A stretch of 64,000 bases of DNA from Patescibacteria group bacterium (GCA_041659045.1 JBAZZB010000002.1:21427-85426), one strand, 5' to 3'. Positions 30,112-39,878 are shown, numbered from the stretch's first letter. Notes: generated by a model not told the origin, from the sequence alone. Made by a program: numbers and translations.

Positions 30112-31110
30112 ATGACCAAAAAACCGTCCGGCACGTTTTATCGTCACATTCTCGCCGACGCTTGGCGCACCGTGCGCGCCAACAAAGCGCTCTGGCTCTT
30201 GGGTTTTTTCGTCTCATTCCTTGGAAACGGCGGCGTCTATGAGCTTCTGGTGCAAGGCACTGGGCGTCTCGGGCTGCGCGAAGATTTCGGACAGTTCGCC
30301 TCGCTCGGCCTTTTGCCCGGTTGGGGCAGACTCTCGTCGAGCTTGGAGAGCCTGAACGCCGGAAACATCGTCATCGTACTCCTCGTCGCACTGACGGCGA
30401 TCACCCTAACCGTCGTCGCCTTCTGGGTCGTCATCTCGGCGCAGGGTGGACTCATCGTCGGTGCCCGCGACGGCGGGCGTGAACGCAAAACAACTTTCGG
30501 TTCCCTCTTCGCCGCTGGCAACGAGATGTTCGCACCGCTCTTCGCCCTGAACATCCTTTCGCGCTTAGCGATCATGGCGTTTTTCTACCTCCTCTTGGCG
30601 CTGACGGTGCTCTATCTTGCCGACGCCAATATCTGGAGCGTACTCGCCTATCTCTCAGGATTCATCTTCCTGATTCCGATCACGCTCATCATCGGCTTCG
30701 TCACGATCTACGCCGCCTGCTACATCGCGCTGCAGCGCTTGTCGTTTGTCGCGGCGATCGAATCAGCCATCGCCCTCTTCCGTAAATACTGGCTGATCAG
30801 CATTGAAACGGCTTTCATCTTGTTCGGCGTGAATTTACTCGCCGCAGCCGGTATCGGTCTCGTGACTGGCGCCGCCGGTATCGCGCTCATCCCCTTCTTG
30901 ATCGGCGCTACGCTGCTCAAGAGCAGCATTGCGCTTTCGCTTGTCGCCGCATTGGCCGCGCTTGTCGGCGTCATCTTCCTGGCTTTTGTCGGGGCCTTCT
31001 TGGCCGCCTTCCAATACGCCGTCTGGGTTTCTCTCTTCACCAAGCTGCACGTACGAGGGCACGGCAGCACGTCCAAACTCGCTCGCTGGTTCCAGCACTT
31101 GCTGAAATAA
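30112..31110 (+). CDS. multi-pass membrane protein (DUF975/YciC-like)
   Basis: GGAGGAGG RBS directly before the ATG at 30112; 7-8 TM helices. The ORF-track start at 30088 would place the RBS inside the coding region. Confidence 0.6.
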   Translation: MTKKPSGTFYRHILADAWRTVRANKALWLLGFFVSFLGNGGVYELLVQGTGRLGLREDFGQFASLGLLPGWGRLSSSLESLNAGNIVIVLLVALTAITLTVVAFWVVISAQGGLIVGARDGGRERKTTFGSLFAAGNEMFAPLFALNILSRLAIMAFFYLLLALTVLYLADANIWSVLAYLSGFIFLIPITLIIGFVTIYAACYIALQRLSFVAAIESAIALFRKYWLISIETAFILFGVNLLAAAGIGLVTGAAGIALIPFLIGATLLKSSIALSLVAALAALVGVIFLAFVGAFLAAFQYAVWVSLFTKLHVRGHGSTSKLARWFQHLLK

Positions 31111-31146
31111 GGTACTGCTCGCCCCTTTGCGGGAGCGACACTTCTG

Positions 31147-32859
31147 ATGTCTGGTGCAAACGCCTCAATTGAAGACCTGTTGAAAAAAAACAGGTTACCG
31201 AGTGTCACGACTCCCGACGCTCAATCCAAGTTCGCCGCAAAAATGCGCGAGCTCGAATTGCAGGCCAAAGAACGCGAGACGGCCAAGCGCGGCGCTGTGA
31301 TCGGCGCTTCATACATCAATTTGAAAGGTTTTCCGATTTCTCCGGAAGCCCTCGTTCTTTTGTCGCAAGAGCAATCGGAAACGTTGCAAGCAGTCGTGTT
31401 TTTGCAGACGGGCGACGAAGTACGCGTCGGCGCCATTGATCCTTCACGCAAGGATGTCCAAGAAGCGATCTATCAAGTCGGCGAGCGCGCACACGCGAAT
31501 GTTGGCACCTATATCATTTCGGAAGAGAGCTTCAGGCATGCCGTGAAGCTGTACGACGCATTGCCGAAGGCTCGCAAAATCGTAAAAGGCATCGAGATTA
31601 CCGAGACGGAGCTCAAGAAACAACAGGATCGGATGCAGACGTACAAAGACCTCGACGCTTTGATGAAAGGCGCCGATGTGACGGACGCCGTGACGATCAT
31701 CATGGCTGGCGCGCTCAAAGGAGACGCCTCCGACATCCACGTCGAAGCCGAGGAAAAAGATGTTGTCGTGCGCTATCGCATCGACGGTGTACTCCAAGAC
31801 GCGGCGCGTCTTGAACGCTCGATCTGGCCGCGCATCATCTCGCGCATCAAATTGTTTTCTAGTCTCAAAATCAACGTTGCCAACATCCCGCAAGACGGTC
31901 GCTTCACCATTTTTGTCAGCGGTAAGAAAACCGAAGTCCGCGTTTCAACAGTCCCGACATCGTACGGCGAGTCGGTCGTCATGCGTCTTCTTCGTCCGTC
32001 GACGATTGGACTTGGTTTTGATCAGCTCGGCATCCGCGGCAAAGCCTTCGAGCAGCTGAAGCGCGAAATCGATCGCCCGAACGGCATGATCATTACGACC
32101 GGTCCTACCGGTTCCGGTAAAACCACCACGCTCTACGCCGTTTTGAAAAAACTGAACACGTCGGACACCAAAATCATCACCTTGGAAGATCCGGTCGAAT
32201 ACAGTCTCGAGGGCATCAACCAGTCGCCGATTGATCTTTCCAAAGACTACACATTCGCCAAGGGGCTCCGCGCAATTCTGCGCCAAGATCCGGACGTCAT
32301 CATGGTCGGCGAAATCCGCGATCTTGAAACGGCTGAAACGGCAATTCAAGCGGCGCTCACCGGACACTTGATGGTCTCGACGATTCACACCAACAGCGCG
32401 GCGGGTGCTATCCCCCGCTTCTTGTCGATGGGCGTGAAGCCGTTCCTGCTCGCTCCCGCACTGAACGCCGTCATCGGCCAACGTCTCGTGCGCCGCGTCC
32501 ACGAAGCGTGCAAAGTCCAGGCAGAACCTGATGCTGAACAGTTGAAGAAAATACAGGAGATCCTCGGCGCGCTCTCGCCTGAGAGCGGAGAAAAACCGGA
32601 TCTTGAGAAGCTTGTGTTCTGGAAAGGTAAGGGCTGCGACGTTTGCGGAGGCTCCGGCTACAAGGGCCGCGTCGGTATCTACGAAATTTTCACCATGAGT
32701 CCGGAGATCGAAAAAGTCATTCTTTCCGGCAACGTCTCGGAGTATCAGATGCAAGAGATCGCCGTGAAGCAAGGCATGATTACGATGGCGCAAGACGGTT
32801 TGCTCAAGGCGCTTGATGGCCTGACAACGTTCGAAGAAGTCCTGGCAGCAGCGGAATGA
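31147..32859 (+). CDS. pilB: type IV pilus assembly ATPase PilB (GspE family)
   Basis: N-terminal GspE_N, Walker A GPTGSGKTTT, Asp/His boxes, and a tetracysteine motif CDVCGGSGYKGR; 570 aa. Confidence 0.9.
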   Translation: MSGANASIEDLLKKNRLPSVTTPDAQSKFAAKMRELELQAKERETAKRGAVIGASYINLKGFPISPEALVLLSQEQSETLQAVVFLQTGDEVRVGAIDPSRKDVQEAIYQVGERAHANVGTYIISEESFRHAVKLYDALPKARKIVKGIEITETELKKQQDRMQTYKDLDALMKGADVTDAVTIIMAGALKGDASDIHVEAEEKDVVVRYRIDGVLQDAARLERSIWPRIISRIKLFSSLKINVANIPQDGRFTIFVSGKKTEVRVSTVPTSYGESVVMRLLRPSTIGLGFDQLGIRGKAFEQLKREIDRPNGMIITTGPTGSGKTTTLYAVLKKLNTSDTKIITLEDPVEYSLEGINQSPIDLSKDYTFAKGLRAILRQDPDVIMVGEIRDLETAETAIQAALTGHLMVSTIHTNSAAGAIPRFLSMGVKPFLLAPALNAVIGQRLVRRVHEACKVQAEPDAEQLKKIQEILGALSPESGEKPDLEKLVFWKGKGCDVCGGSGYKGRVGIYEIFTMSPEIEKVILSGNVSEYQMQEIAVKQGMITMAQDGLLKALDGLTTFEEVLAAAE

Positions 32860-32910
32860 GTAAATGAAAAAGCCTCGCGGTAGCGCGAGGCTTTGTGTTT
32901 TGGCAGCGCT

Positions 32911-33699
32911 CTAGGCGCAAGCGAGCTGCTGGTTCGCCACGTAGGCGAGAATCTGCTCACGCGCGGCGTGCGACAGGCTTTCGGGAAGCTCCTGACCGTT
33001 CGCCAGCGATTCGGCGTACAGACGGATCTGTCCCATCCGGAGCGGTCCGGGTGGCACGTAGGCGCTCTTGTTCGGAAGCAGCTTCATCGGTGAAACCGGC
33101 GTCGGCGCGGCCACTTCCGGTGGCGCTTGGCGCGGTTGAGCAAAGAGCGTCAGGACGTTGATCGGTTCGATCTCCTTCGGAGCGACCGGCTTCTCGTCGG
33201 CCCAGACCTCCTCCCACCGCGCGCGTTCCGCATCGTGAGAAGTGTCTTTCGCGTTCGTATTCTCGTTCGCGTTTGCCAGGTCGCGAAGCGCGTTCTTGAG
33301 ATCTGTGCCGTCCGTTTCGAGCACGTGGTCCATGACCTCCTCGAGAGGGCGCACGTGTCCGGATGCCCGGAATGCGGCGTGGAACAGCTTCTCGGGATAT
33401 TCGCGCTCCACCACCTGCTCGCCTCGGAAGCACAGCGTCAGTCGCACACGCGCGTGCGCTCCGCGAGAAATCGCGAGGCTGATGTCGTGGCGCCGAGTCG
33501 GCTGAAGCTTGTCGAACAGGAACTCGCCGATCGCCGAGAGCGGCACGTCGAGGTGATCCCAGTGATTGGGCCCCCCTGCCTCCTGCAGAAGCTCACGCTC
33601 GTAGGTGCTCAAGATCAGTTGCAAGCGCGGCCTCCGCGCGACTTCCCACATCAGATGAAGATCGTTCGCGAGCTCGAGGCACAACAGCTGCACACTCAT
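32911..33699 (-). CDS. hypothetical protein (262 aa), downstream partner of the HExxH protein
   Basis: GGGAG RBS plus 6 nt before the ATG at 33697-33699. The ORF-track start at 33777 is an upstream extension. No family recognised. Confidence 0.55.
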   Translation of the reverse strand: MSVQLLCLELANDLHLMWEVARRPRLQLILSTYERELLQEAGGPNHWDHLDVPLSAIGEFLFDKLQPTRRHDISLAISRGAHARVRLTLCFRGEQVVEREYPEKLFHAAFRASGHVRPLEEVMDHVLETDGTDLKNALRDLANANENTNAKDTSHDAERARWEEVWADEKPVAPKEIEPINVLTLFAQPRQAPPEVAAPTPVSPMKLLPNKSAYVPPGPLRMGQIRLYAESLANGQELPESLSHAAREQILAYVANQQLACA

Positions 33700-33814
33700 A
33701 TGAGACTCCCTTGCAAATACCAATTTGTCTCGTAACGGGTTGATTCGGAAGCTACCAGAAAAAAGGCTATACGTCAAGGTGCAGGATAAGAAAAACCCTC
33801 GCCGCGCGGCGGGG

Positions 33815-35344
33815 TTATGGAGTTGTCAGGACATCGATACTGAGCTCTTCGAGAGCCAAGTCGACGTCGCTTGGCGTATCGTCTTGAATCCCGTGCTTCT
33901 TGAGCAGTAGGAGACCTTCGTCTTGATCGGCGCATTCTTCGAACGGCTTCGAGAAGTCGGCCGCGTTCGTGCGCGCGTGGCGGTATTCGTGGTTCACGAC
34001 CACCATGAGCCAGCGCGTCGAACGATACATCTTTTTCTTGATGTAGATTCCGAGCGAGGTGCCGTCACCGGTCTTGAGCAAGAAGCCTTCGATCATGGCA
34101 AGTTCGCCAACAAGCGACTCGAACGGGTAGATAGGTAGCGACACGTCAGGATGCTCGAGCCGCATGGCGTCGAACACCAATCGCGCGCGAGCCTTCTCTG
34201 CTTCGTCGAGTTCAACGACCTTGAAGGTCGTGCCTTCGATCATCTTCGGCGCAAAGTCGTTCGCTTCCGCCACGCCGCAGCGCTTGAGAAAGCTGCGGAG
34301 CGTCGGAGAGGTCACGATGATCGGCTTCTTGCCGAGCGAGGAACGCACGTACTCGTCGCCGAAGCCGGGATTCGACATGACAGCTTCAGCGCCGTACATC
34401 GCGTGCCAAGCCGCGCGCCACGTCTCCTCGCCAATGATCTCGTCGAGATACAGGGCATAGGAAAGCGCGTGCTCTTCGAACGGCGCTTTGCCGTCCTGGA
34501 TCGCGCCGAGAATCGGCAGAAGCACGCCCTGATCGAGCTTGGAGCTGAGCATGGTGCCCATCCACTGATAGATCTCGGACATGTTGGCGAAGACGCGCTC
34601 TTCCGTCAGCAGCCCCTCGGTATCGAAGCTGTAGTCGAAATGCGAAGCGTCGGCGCCGTCCTTCGAACAGTAGGCCAGGGTGCCGTGCGCAAAGAGCCGC
34701 GTGGCTCCCTCTTCCGACTTCGGAAAGACGCGCATGACGATTCCTTGCTGACCACTGACCACGCGATGCACCGCGGGCGTACCGGAGAGCCACTTGAAGT
34801 AGCGAGCCGGGTGCCGCATGAGCACTTCGTAGTCGGCGGTCTTGCGGATGTAGACCGCATGCTGTCCTGCCGGCATCCAATACAACTTCTCGCACTCGGT
34901 CATCTCCGGACCCTTCGGGTCGTTCCCGCGGGCATTGTTCATGTACTCGCGCCAGATCGGAAACTCGGTGAGAGGATCGTCACCGATCGCGTTACTCCAG
35001 TTCTTGTAGGTCGTGTCAACGCTAAACGGCATCGGCACGTCGGTCTCAACACCATCCTTCGGATGGATCACGATCACGTACTGATTGAACCCTTCATCGA
35101 TGCTCGAGGGACGCGCTTCGTAGCGCAGGCAGTATTGACCCGCCTGGTCAGAAGAGACCACTCGTACGTCGATACCGGCCCGCAGCGCGACCAACGGCGC
35201 GATTTTTGCGCCAGACTTGAAGATGCTGTGCGGGTTCGTGCGATCGACGTCGGAACCCTCATCGGAAAGACCGAAAACAAGTAGGCGATTTCGCGGGCAG
35301 AACCCGCTGTTCGCGATGCGAATCCAGACGGTTTCCTTGCCCAT
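33815..35344 (-). CDS. large cytoplasmic protein with C-terminal HExxH motif (putative zinc metallopeptidase)
   Basis: AAGGAG RBS plus 6 nt before the ATG at 35344. 509 aa with no signal peptide; a single HEYRH within LMVVVNHEYRHARTNAADF near the C-terminus and an acidic tail. Confidence 0.55.
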   Translation of the reverse strand: MGKETVWIRIANSGFCPRNRLLVFGLSDEGSDVDRTNPHSIFKSGAKIAPLVALRAGIDVRVVSSDQAGQYCLRYEARPSSIDEGFNQYVIVIHPKDGVETDVPMPFSVDTTYKNWSNAIGDDPLTEFPIWREYMNNARGNDPKGPEMTECEKLYWMPAGQHAVYIRKTADYEVLMRHPARYFKWLSGTPAVHRVVSGQQGIVMRVFPKSEEGATRLFAHGTLAYCSKDGADASHFDYSFDTEGLLTEERVFANMSEIYQWMGTMLSSKLDQGVLLPILGAIQDGKAPFEEHALSYALYLDEIIGEETWRAAWHAMYGAEAVMSNPGFGDEYVRSSLGKKPIIVTSPTLRSFLKRCGVAEANDFAPKMIEGTTFKVVELDEAEKARARLVFDAMRLEHPDVSLPIYPFESLVGELAMIEGFLLKTGDGTSLGIYIKKKMYRSTRWLMVVVNHEYRHARTNAADFSKPFEECADQDEGLLLLKKHGIQDDTPSDVDLALEELSIDVLTTP

Positions 35345-35412
35345 GACGTACTCCTTGTGTCGTGGTGGTGGAAAGGCCTACGTATTGACGCTAGCATTCC
35401 TCCTAAAAACCA

Positions 35413-35841
35413 TCAACCAGCGACCGTAATAGCGCGTGCATCAGCACCACGGTGCGTCATGCGTACCGTAATCATCTTTTTGGGAAGCATCGTTTGAATG
35501 CGATCGGCCCACTCAACAAGTACAACCGTGTCTGGGCGACCGAGGTATTCCGTGAGACCAACAGCGCTCAGTTGCGCGACATCACCGCGATAGGCATCGA
35601 CGTGTAAAAAAGCTTTAAGTGCTCCGCGTTTCGTGAGCGGATATTCTTGCATCAAAATGAAGGTCGGGCTCTGCACCCGCTTCTTGATACCGAGTGCCTT
35701 GGCAAGCGCTTGCGCAAACGTCGTTTTGCCAGCGCCAAGGTTTCCATAGAGGGCGATCACCTCTCCCCCGCGCAGCCGGGTGGCAAGTTGCTTGGCGACC
35801 TCAGCCGTTTCTTTCGGCGACGTTGTGACAAACTTTTTCAT
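35413..35841 (-). CDS. tsaE: tRNA t6A biosynthesis ATPase TsaE
   Basis: P-loop GNLGAGKTTF and the YjeE fold; 142 aa. Confidence 0.85.
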   Translation of the reverse strand: MKKFVTTSPKETAEVAKQLATRLRGGEVIALYGNLGAGKTTFAQALAKALGIKKRVQSPTFILMQEYPLTKRGALKAFLHVDAYRGDVAQLSAVGLTEYLGRPDTVVLVEWADRIQTMLPKKMITVRMTHRGADARAITVAG

Positions 35842-35842
35842 A

Positions 35843-36865
35843 TCACTTCAAACCGAGTTCCCACACAGGGTCGGCCAACATGCCTTTCCAGGGGTCCGAC
35901 TTCTTTTTCGACAAGCGGAAATACCCGGCCATGGCAATCATCGCCGAATTATCGGTGCAGTACTCAAGGCCGGGAATGACAGCTTCTGTCTTCGGCAATT
36001 CTTTTTTAACCGCAGCTGCGAGGTGTTCGCGAAGCATCGTGTTGGCCGCGACTCCGCCCGCCAAAAAAACGGTTTTTGCTTTCTTCGCCTTGGCGGCTCG
36101 AATTGTTTTCACGACGAGCGTTTCAACGACAGCGGCTTGAAAGGACGCGCAAACGTCGTTCACATCCTGCGCAGACCACTCCTTCTTGCGTTGAAGCGTG
36201 TAGAGAACGGCGGTTTTGAGCCCCGAGAAACTAAAATCAAAATTCGCTTGGTTGAGAAGCGGGCGCGGAAACGCGAACTTCGTGGGGTCGCCGAGTTCGG
36301 CGCGTTTCGAAACGGCCGGGCCTCCTGGATAACCGAGCTCAAGCATCTTCGCGACCTTATCGAACGCCTCCCCCGCTGCGTCGTCGAGCGTCGAACCGAT
36401 GCGTTCGTATTTGCCGAATCCCTTCATCACGACGAGCTCCGTGTGACCGCCCGAAACAACCAGCACCAGTGCCGGGAACGCATACGCGGAGGTGATCTTT
36501 TTATTGATCCAGTTGGCGGCGATGTGTCCCTCGATATGATTCACTCCTACAATCGGTAATTCCCAACCATACGCCAACGCGCGTGCGAAGTCGGTACCGA
36601 CGCGCAGCGAGGTAATGAGTCCGGGTCCGCGCGTGACAGCAATGCCGTCCAAATTTTTCCGTGTCACGCCGAGTTCATCGATTAAAAGAGGTAGGGTTTC
36701 AACATGCAGACGAGCGGCAACTTCTGGCACGACACCTCCGTACTCGGCGTGCTTCAGGATTTGCGTGGCCGTCAGGTGCTTTTCAATCCGAGCAATGCCC
36801 TTGCTCACATTGAGCAGGGCAACCGAGGTTTCGTCGCAGGATGTTTCGATACCGAGGATGCGCAT
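35843..36865 (-). CDS. tsaD: tRNA N6-adenosine threonylcarbamoyltransferase TsaD
   Basis: MRILGIETSCDETSVALL… Kae1/TsaD family with HxxxH metal site; the stop is 1 nt before the tsaE start. Confidence 0.95.
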   Translation of the reverse strand: MRILGIETSCDETSVALLNVSKGIARIEKHLTATQILKHAEYGGVVPEVAARLHVETLPLLIDELGVTRKNLDGIAVTRGPGLITSLRVGTDFARALAYGWELPIVGVNHIEGHIAANWINKKITSAYAFPALVLVVSGGHTELVVMKGFGKYERIGSTLDDAAGEAFDKVAKMLELGYPGGPAVSKRAELGDPTKFAFPRPLLNQANFDFSFSGLKTAVLYTLQRKKEWSAQDVNDVCASFQAAVVETLVVKTIRAAKAKKAKTVFLAGGVAANTMLREHLAAAVKKELPKTEAVIPGLEYCTDNSAMIAMAGYFRLSKKKSDPWKGMLADPVWELGLK

Positions 36866-36967
36866 GGAGATTGATGTCTTCGATCCTTGATACTAGACCA
36901 AAATCGTAAAGCCTTCAAGGGCGGGAGCCTTAGGCGGCCAGCGTGTTTTATTGTTACACTGAGACAT

Positions 36968-37399
36968 ATGACCTCATCCTGGCTTTGGCTTCCGCTCGCA
37001 CTCTTGTCTGCTTTTTTCGCGGCGCTCATTGCGATCTTCGGCAAGATCGGCCTTTCACGCGTCGACACGACCACCGCCACGATGCTGCGCGCCATGATCA
37101 TGTTTTTGGTGCTCCTTGCCGTCGTGCTGTTCAGCGGAAAACTTTCTTCCGTGAACGCTTTTACCGGCAAGCAGTTTTTTTGGATCGTGCTGGCCGGCAT
37201 CGCCGGAGCGTTGTCGTGGCTCTTCTACTTCTGGGCGCTCAAAGTCGGTAAAGCTTCCCAAGTCGCACCCGTCGATCGCCTTTCTGCTATATTCGTCGTC
37301 ATCTTTGCAGCGCTCTTCTTAAGCGAGGCTGTCGGTTGGAAAACCGTTGTTGGCAGCGCCCTCATGGTACTTGGTGCCATCTTCGTCGCGCTTGGATAA
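36968..37399 (+). CDS. small EamA-like (DMT superfamily) membrane transporter
   Basis: MTSSWLWLPLALLSAFFAALIAIFGK… has four TM helices, one EamA half. The first 27 codons of ORF 36887.. are unlikely to be translated. Confidence 0.7.
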   Translation: MTSSWLWLPLALLSAFFAALIAIFGKIGLSRVDTTTATMLRAMIMFLVLLAVVLFSGKLSSVNAFTGKQFFWIVLAGIAGALSWLFYFWALKVGKASQVAPVDRLSAIFVVIFAALFLSEAVGWKTVVGSALMVLGAIFVALG

Positions 37400-37722
37400 A
37401 AAAGGCGTCCCGAAAGTTCGGGACGCTTGTCATTCCGTCGCATCAAGGAGACGCGGGTTGCTTTGCGCGAGCTTGTAAGCCGCACGCTTGGACGCAGGAT
37501 AGCGACGCATGATCTCTTCTGCGCCCACCACTCGCCAGACATCCTCTCACGCGTGTAGTCCCAGACCTCCTGGTTGTAGCCGCGGAGAATCTCCTCCCTT
37601 TCGAGATCGACAGTTTCGGCGTCGGGCACGAGCCCGCCGTCGGGTGAACCCGGCTGATCGTCAGCCGGAACGCACGCGAAAAGCGTGAGGAAGAAGAGAA
37701 TGAAAAGAAAACGGTACGGCAT
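37225..37722 (-). pseudogene. possible degenerate secreted/lipoprotein gene overlapping EamA 3' end antisense
   Basis: MPYRFLFILFFLTLFACVPADD… looks like a signal/lipobox, but the frame then runs 175 nt antisense through the convergent EamA gene and its terminator with shadow-like composition. It is either a short real N-terminal peptide followed by read-through, or a decayed gene. Confidence 0.25.
37403..37430 (+). terminator. rho-independent terminator
   Basis: GGCGTCCCGAAAGTTCGGGACGC hairpin followed by TTGTCATT. Confidence 0.55.
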
Positions 37723-37809
37723 CAGTGCCTCCCTGTTGGCCAAGCCAACGGTTCAGGATAGGCGTAAATAAGCGAAAAGTCAATGTAGTCCAGTCGCGAC
37801 CGACGTGGC

Positions 37810-37838
37810 TTGACGAATACCGGCTTTTCCTCTAAATT
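37810..37838 (+). promoter_or_regulatory. sigma70-like promoter for tRNA-Glu
   Basis: TTGACG, 17 nt, TAAATT, about 75 nt upstream of the tRNA 5' end. Confidence 0.45.
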
Positions 37839-37912
37839 AGCCATGTTCAATATACGAGGCCTCATCCTTCTTCGCTAAAGCTACGAAGGACACGTCGTCT
37901 CAAAAAGTACTT

Positions 37913-37987
37913 GGCCTCATCGTCTAACGGTTAGGACGGCTCCCTTTCACGGAGCAAATAGGGGTTCGATTCCCCTTGGGGCTACCA
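37913..37987 (+). tRNA. tRNA-Glu (anticodon TTC), CCA encoded
   Basis: Acceptor GGCCTCA/TGGGGCT (two G-U pairs), D-arm GTCTAACGGTTAGGAC, anticodon stem GCTCC/GGAGC with loop CTTTCAC, T-arm AGGGGTTCGATTCCCCT, then ACCA. The layout matches canonical tRNA-Glu. Confidence 0.8.
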
Positions 37988-38024
37988 TCAAAACACCCGC
38001 CGAATAGGCGGGTGTTTTGTATTC
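37980..38024 (+). repeat. direct repeat L: last 8 nt of tRNA-Glu plus its terminator hairpin (GGCTACCATCAAAACACCCGCCGAATAGGCGGGTGTTTTGTATTC)
   Basis: Exact 45-bp identity with 40612..40656. The hairpin ACACCCGCC-GAAT-AGGCGGGTGT plus T-run also serves as the tRNA terminator. Confidence 0.8.
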
Positions 38025-38130
38025 CGAAGTCTGCCTGTCCCTTTGGTACCAGGTACCGTTATCCGATAATTATGGTGCGTAAATATGTCCCATAAATTGC
38101 TATTCTGTCCCGACACCCACACGCATCATG

Positions 38131-38193
38131 CAGATATTCTGCTAGTGGGACTCGGGGGTACCATCCCAAAATCCGCCCAAATGGCGGATTTTG
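38131..38193 (+). repeat. intergenic repeat family copy A (CAGATATTCTGCTAGTGGGACTCGGGGGTACCATC plus hairpin)
   Basis: Shares CAGATATTCTGCTAATGGGACTCGGGGTCTACCAT plus a GC hairpin and T-run with copies at 39942..40007 and 41465..41534. Confidence 0.6.
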
Positions 38194-38291
38194 TGTTTCA
38201 TGGTAGCTGCGATAGTTGACGTGAATTCAGCACACCTGTAAGTTTGCGCTGGCTCAAACAAACAACCCGGGCCATGAAAAGGAAGTGGTAG

Positions 38292-39122
38292 ATGCGTTTT
38301 TCCCTACGGATTCTATTCGTCGTTCTTCTGGGAAGCGTGCCGCAGGCTTGTGTACTCGAATCAGACGATGATGCTGCCGCGAACGATGATCTCGGAAGTA
38401 CGGAGCAGGCACTGTCGAGCGATCCGCGTACACGAGTCGTTGAGGAGGCATCCTTCGCAATGACGGGCAACTACGCCGCGTACACAAGCAGTAACTGGCC
38501 GACGGCGACAACCCTCGCCGGGTACTACTACACATCGACGGACACTGGCGCGTGGAGCTCTTTGATCAACTCCTCGAGCTATTCCGCGTATGGCTACACG
38601 GGCTTCTACGTGTCGTGCATGCGGTATCGTTCTGAAGGGCACCTGCCCTCACCCTATACCAATTGCTATCTATCGACATCGAACGGGTACGGATCGTTCG
38701 AGATGCCCTATTACACCTGCCAAGGATACTGCCCGAGCACGAAGATGCGTGGCGGCCAGTGCAAGCCATTCATGAACCTCATTGCGTACCGCTCCGGCCA
38801 GTACCATGGAGCGAACTGGTCTTTCAAGGCATTGCCGTCCGATAGTGCCATTTCAAACTGGAGCACAGCAGCGGATCAGATGCCGTACGCAACGTACTCC
38901 AACATCCTTCCCGGCGATCTCCTTCGCCGCCCCTATGGCCACGCAGCCATTGTGGTACGGAAGGTCAGCAGTTCACAAATCGTCGTCTTCGACTCGAACT
39001 GGGTCGGCAACGGTGACGGCGACGAGGTTGTTGGATCGCATACACTCGGCTTCTCCGGAACCGGGAACAGCAACTTGGGTAACTATCGGGTACTCAAGTG
39101 CGTGTATAACGGCGGTTGCTAG
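38292..39122 (+). CDS. secreted CHAP-domain peptidoglycan hydrolase
   Basis: Signal peptide MRFSLRILFVVLLGSVP, a Tyr/Ser/Thr-rich middle, and a C-terminal CHAP-like Cys…His pair (GGQCKPFMNLIAYRSG … PGDLLRRPYGHAAIVV). Confidence 0.7.
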   Translation: MRFSLRILFVVLLGSVPQACVLESDDDAAANDDLGSTEQALSSDPRTRVVEEASFAMTGNYAAYTSSNWPTATTLAGYYYTSTDTGAWSSLINSSSYSAYGYTGFYVSCMRYRSEGHLPSPYTNCYLSTSNGYGSFEMPYYTCQGYCPSTKMRGGQCKPFMNLIAYRSGQYHGANWSFKALPSDSAISNWSTAADQMPYATYSNILPGDLLRRPYGHAAIVVRKVSSSQIVVFDSNWVGNGDGDEVVGSHTLGFSGTGNSNLGNYRVLKCVYNGGC

Positions 39123-39218
39123 CTGGCAGCGCTGTATGATTCTGTGGGGAGGGTCTGTGCCCTCCCCCTCTTTTTTCTCTACTGCTATACTTCTTTACGA
39201 AGAAACCTTACATATCCT

Positions 39219-39878
39219 ATGAAAAAAACGATTCCGGTAACACAAGCAGTGACTGCCCTCGCCCTACTTGGTATCGGCATTCTTGTTGGTGTGTATTTTG
39301 CATCAAAAAATTCAGTTTCGACGGGCGGCGCAGAGGCGGGCACGAACTCTTTTGAAGTCGCCAACTTGCCGAACAACAGTTTTGACGCGACGGAATCTAT
39401 CCCCGAAACCTCTGTAAAAGTTTCTTACCCAAAAAATGGCTTTTACGGACTAGGCGTAAAGACCGTGCAAGAAGGCGCGACTCCCAACGAAGCTATCCCT
39501 TTTCTCGGAGGAGTCGCTATTCTTCCGAATGTCAGTTCTTTGGAAGACCGGCCTTTCTCTTTAAGTGTCGGTGCCTATAAAAAGAGTGGCGCTGACACGT
39601 TGGAAGGATCGATCGTTAAAGGCGAGGTGAGCGGGGTTAAGATCGGTAAGCAGGAAATGAATGGAACATACCTGACCGTAAATAACCACCGGTACTTCGT
39701 TTATAAAGTTTTGGGGAGTCCGACACAGACTGCCTGGCATGCCGTATCATTCGGCAAAAAGGAGGTCATCATTGTGAGTTTCGAGTTTGTGCCCGGTAGT
39801 GATTCGGATTCTTACACCGCCTTCCGCAACAACGACCAACTTTTCTTTCAGATCCTTTCCCACATTTCCTTTGAGTAG
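39219..39878 (+). CDS. membrane-anchored hypothetical protein
   Basis: The ATG at 39219 starts MKKTIPVTQAVTALALLGIGILVGVYFA (N-terminal TM anchor), followed by an extracytoplasmic domain of unknown family. The ORF-track start at 39144 is less likely. Confidence 0.55.
   Translation: MKKTIPVTQAVTALALLGIGILVGVYFASKNSVSTGGAEAGTNSFEVANLPNNSFDATESIPETSVKVSYPKNGFYGLGVKTVQEGATPNEAIPFLGGVAILPNVSSLEDRPFSLSVGAYKKSGADTLEGSIVKGEVSGVKIGKQEMNGTYLTVNNHRYFVYKVLGSPTQTAWHAVSFGKKEVIIVSFEFVPGSDSDSYTAFRNNDQLFFQILSHISFE

Noticed and set aside
38101-38200. Possible tRNA or tRNA-like gene in the repeated CAGATATTCTGCTAATGGGACTCGGGGTCTACCA elements
   Set aside because: No cloverleaf can be drawn on either strand. 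Only the …CTACCA end and a short palindrome resemble tRNA. Treated as a repeat family (tRNA-end-like att remnants) instead.
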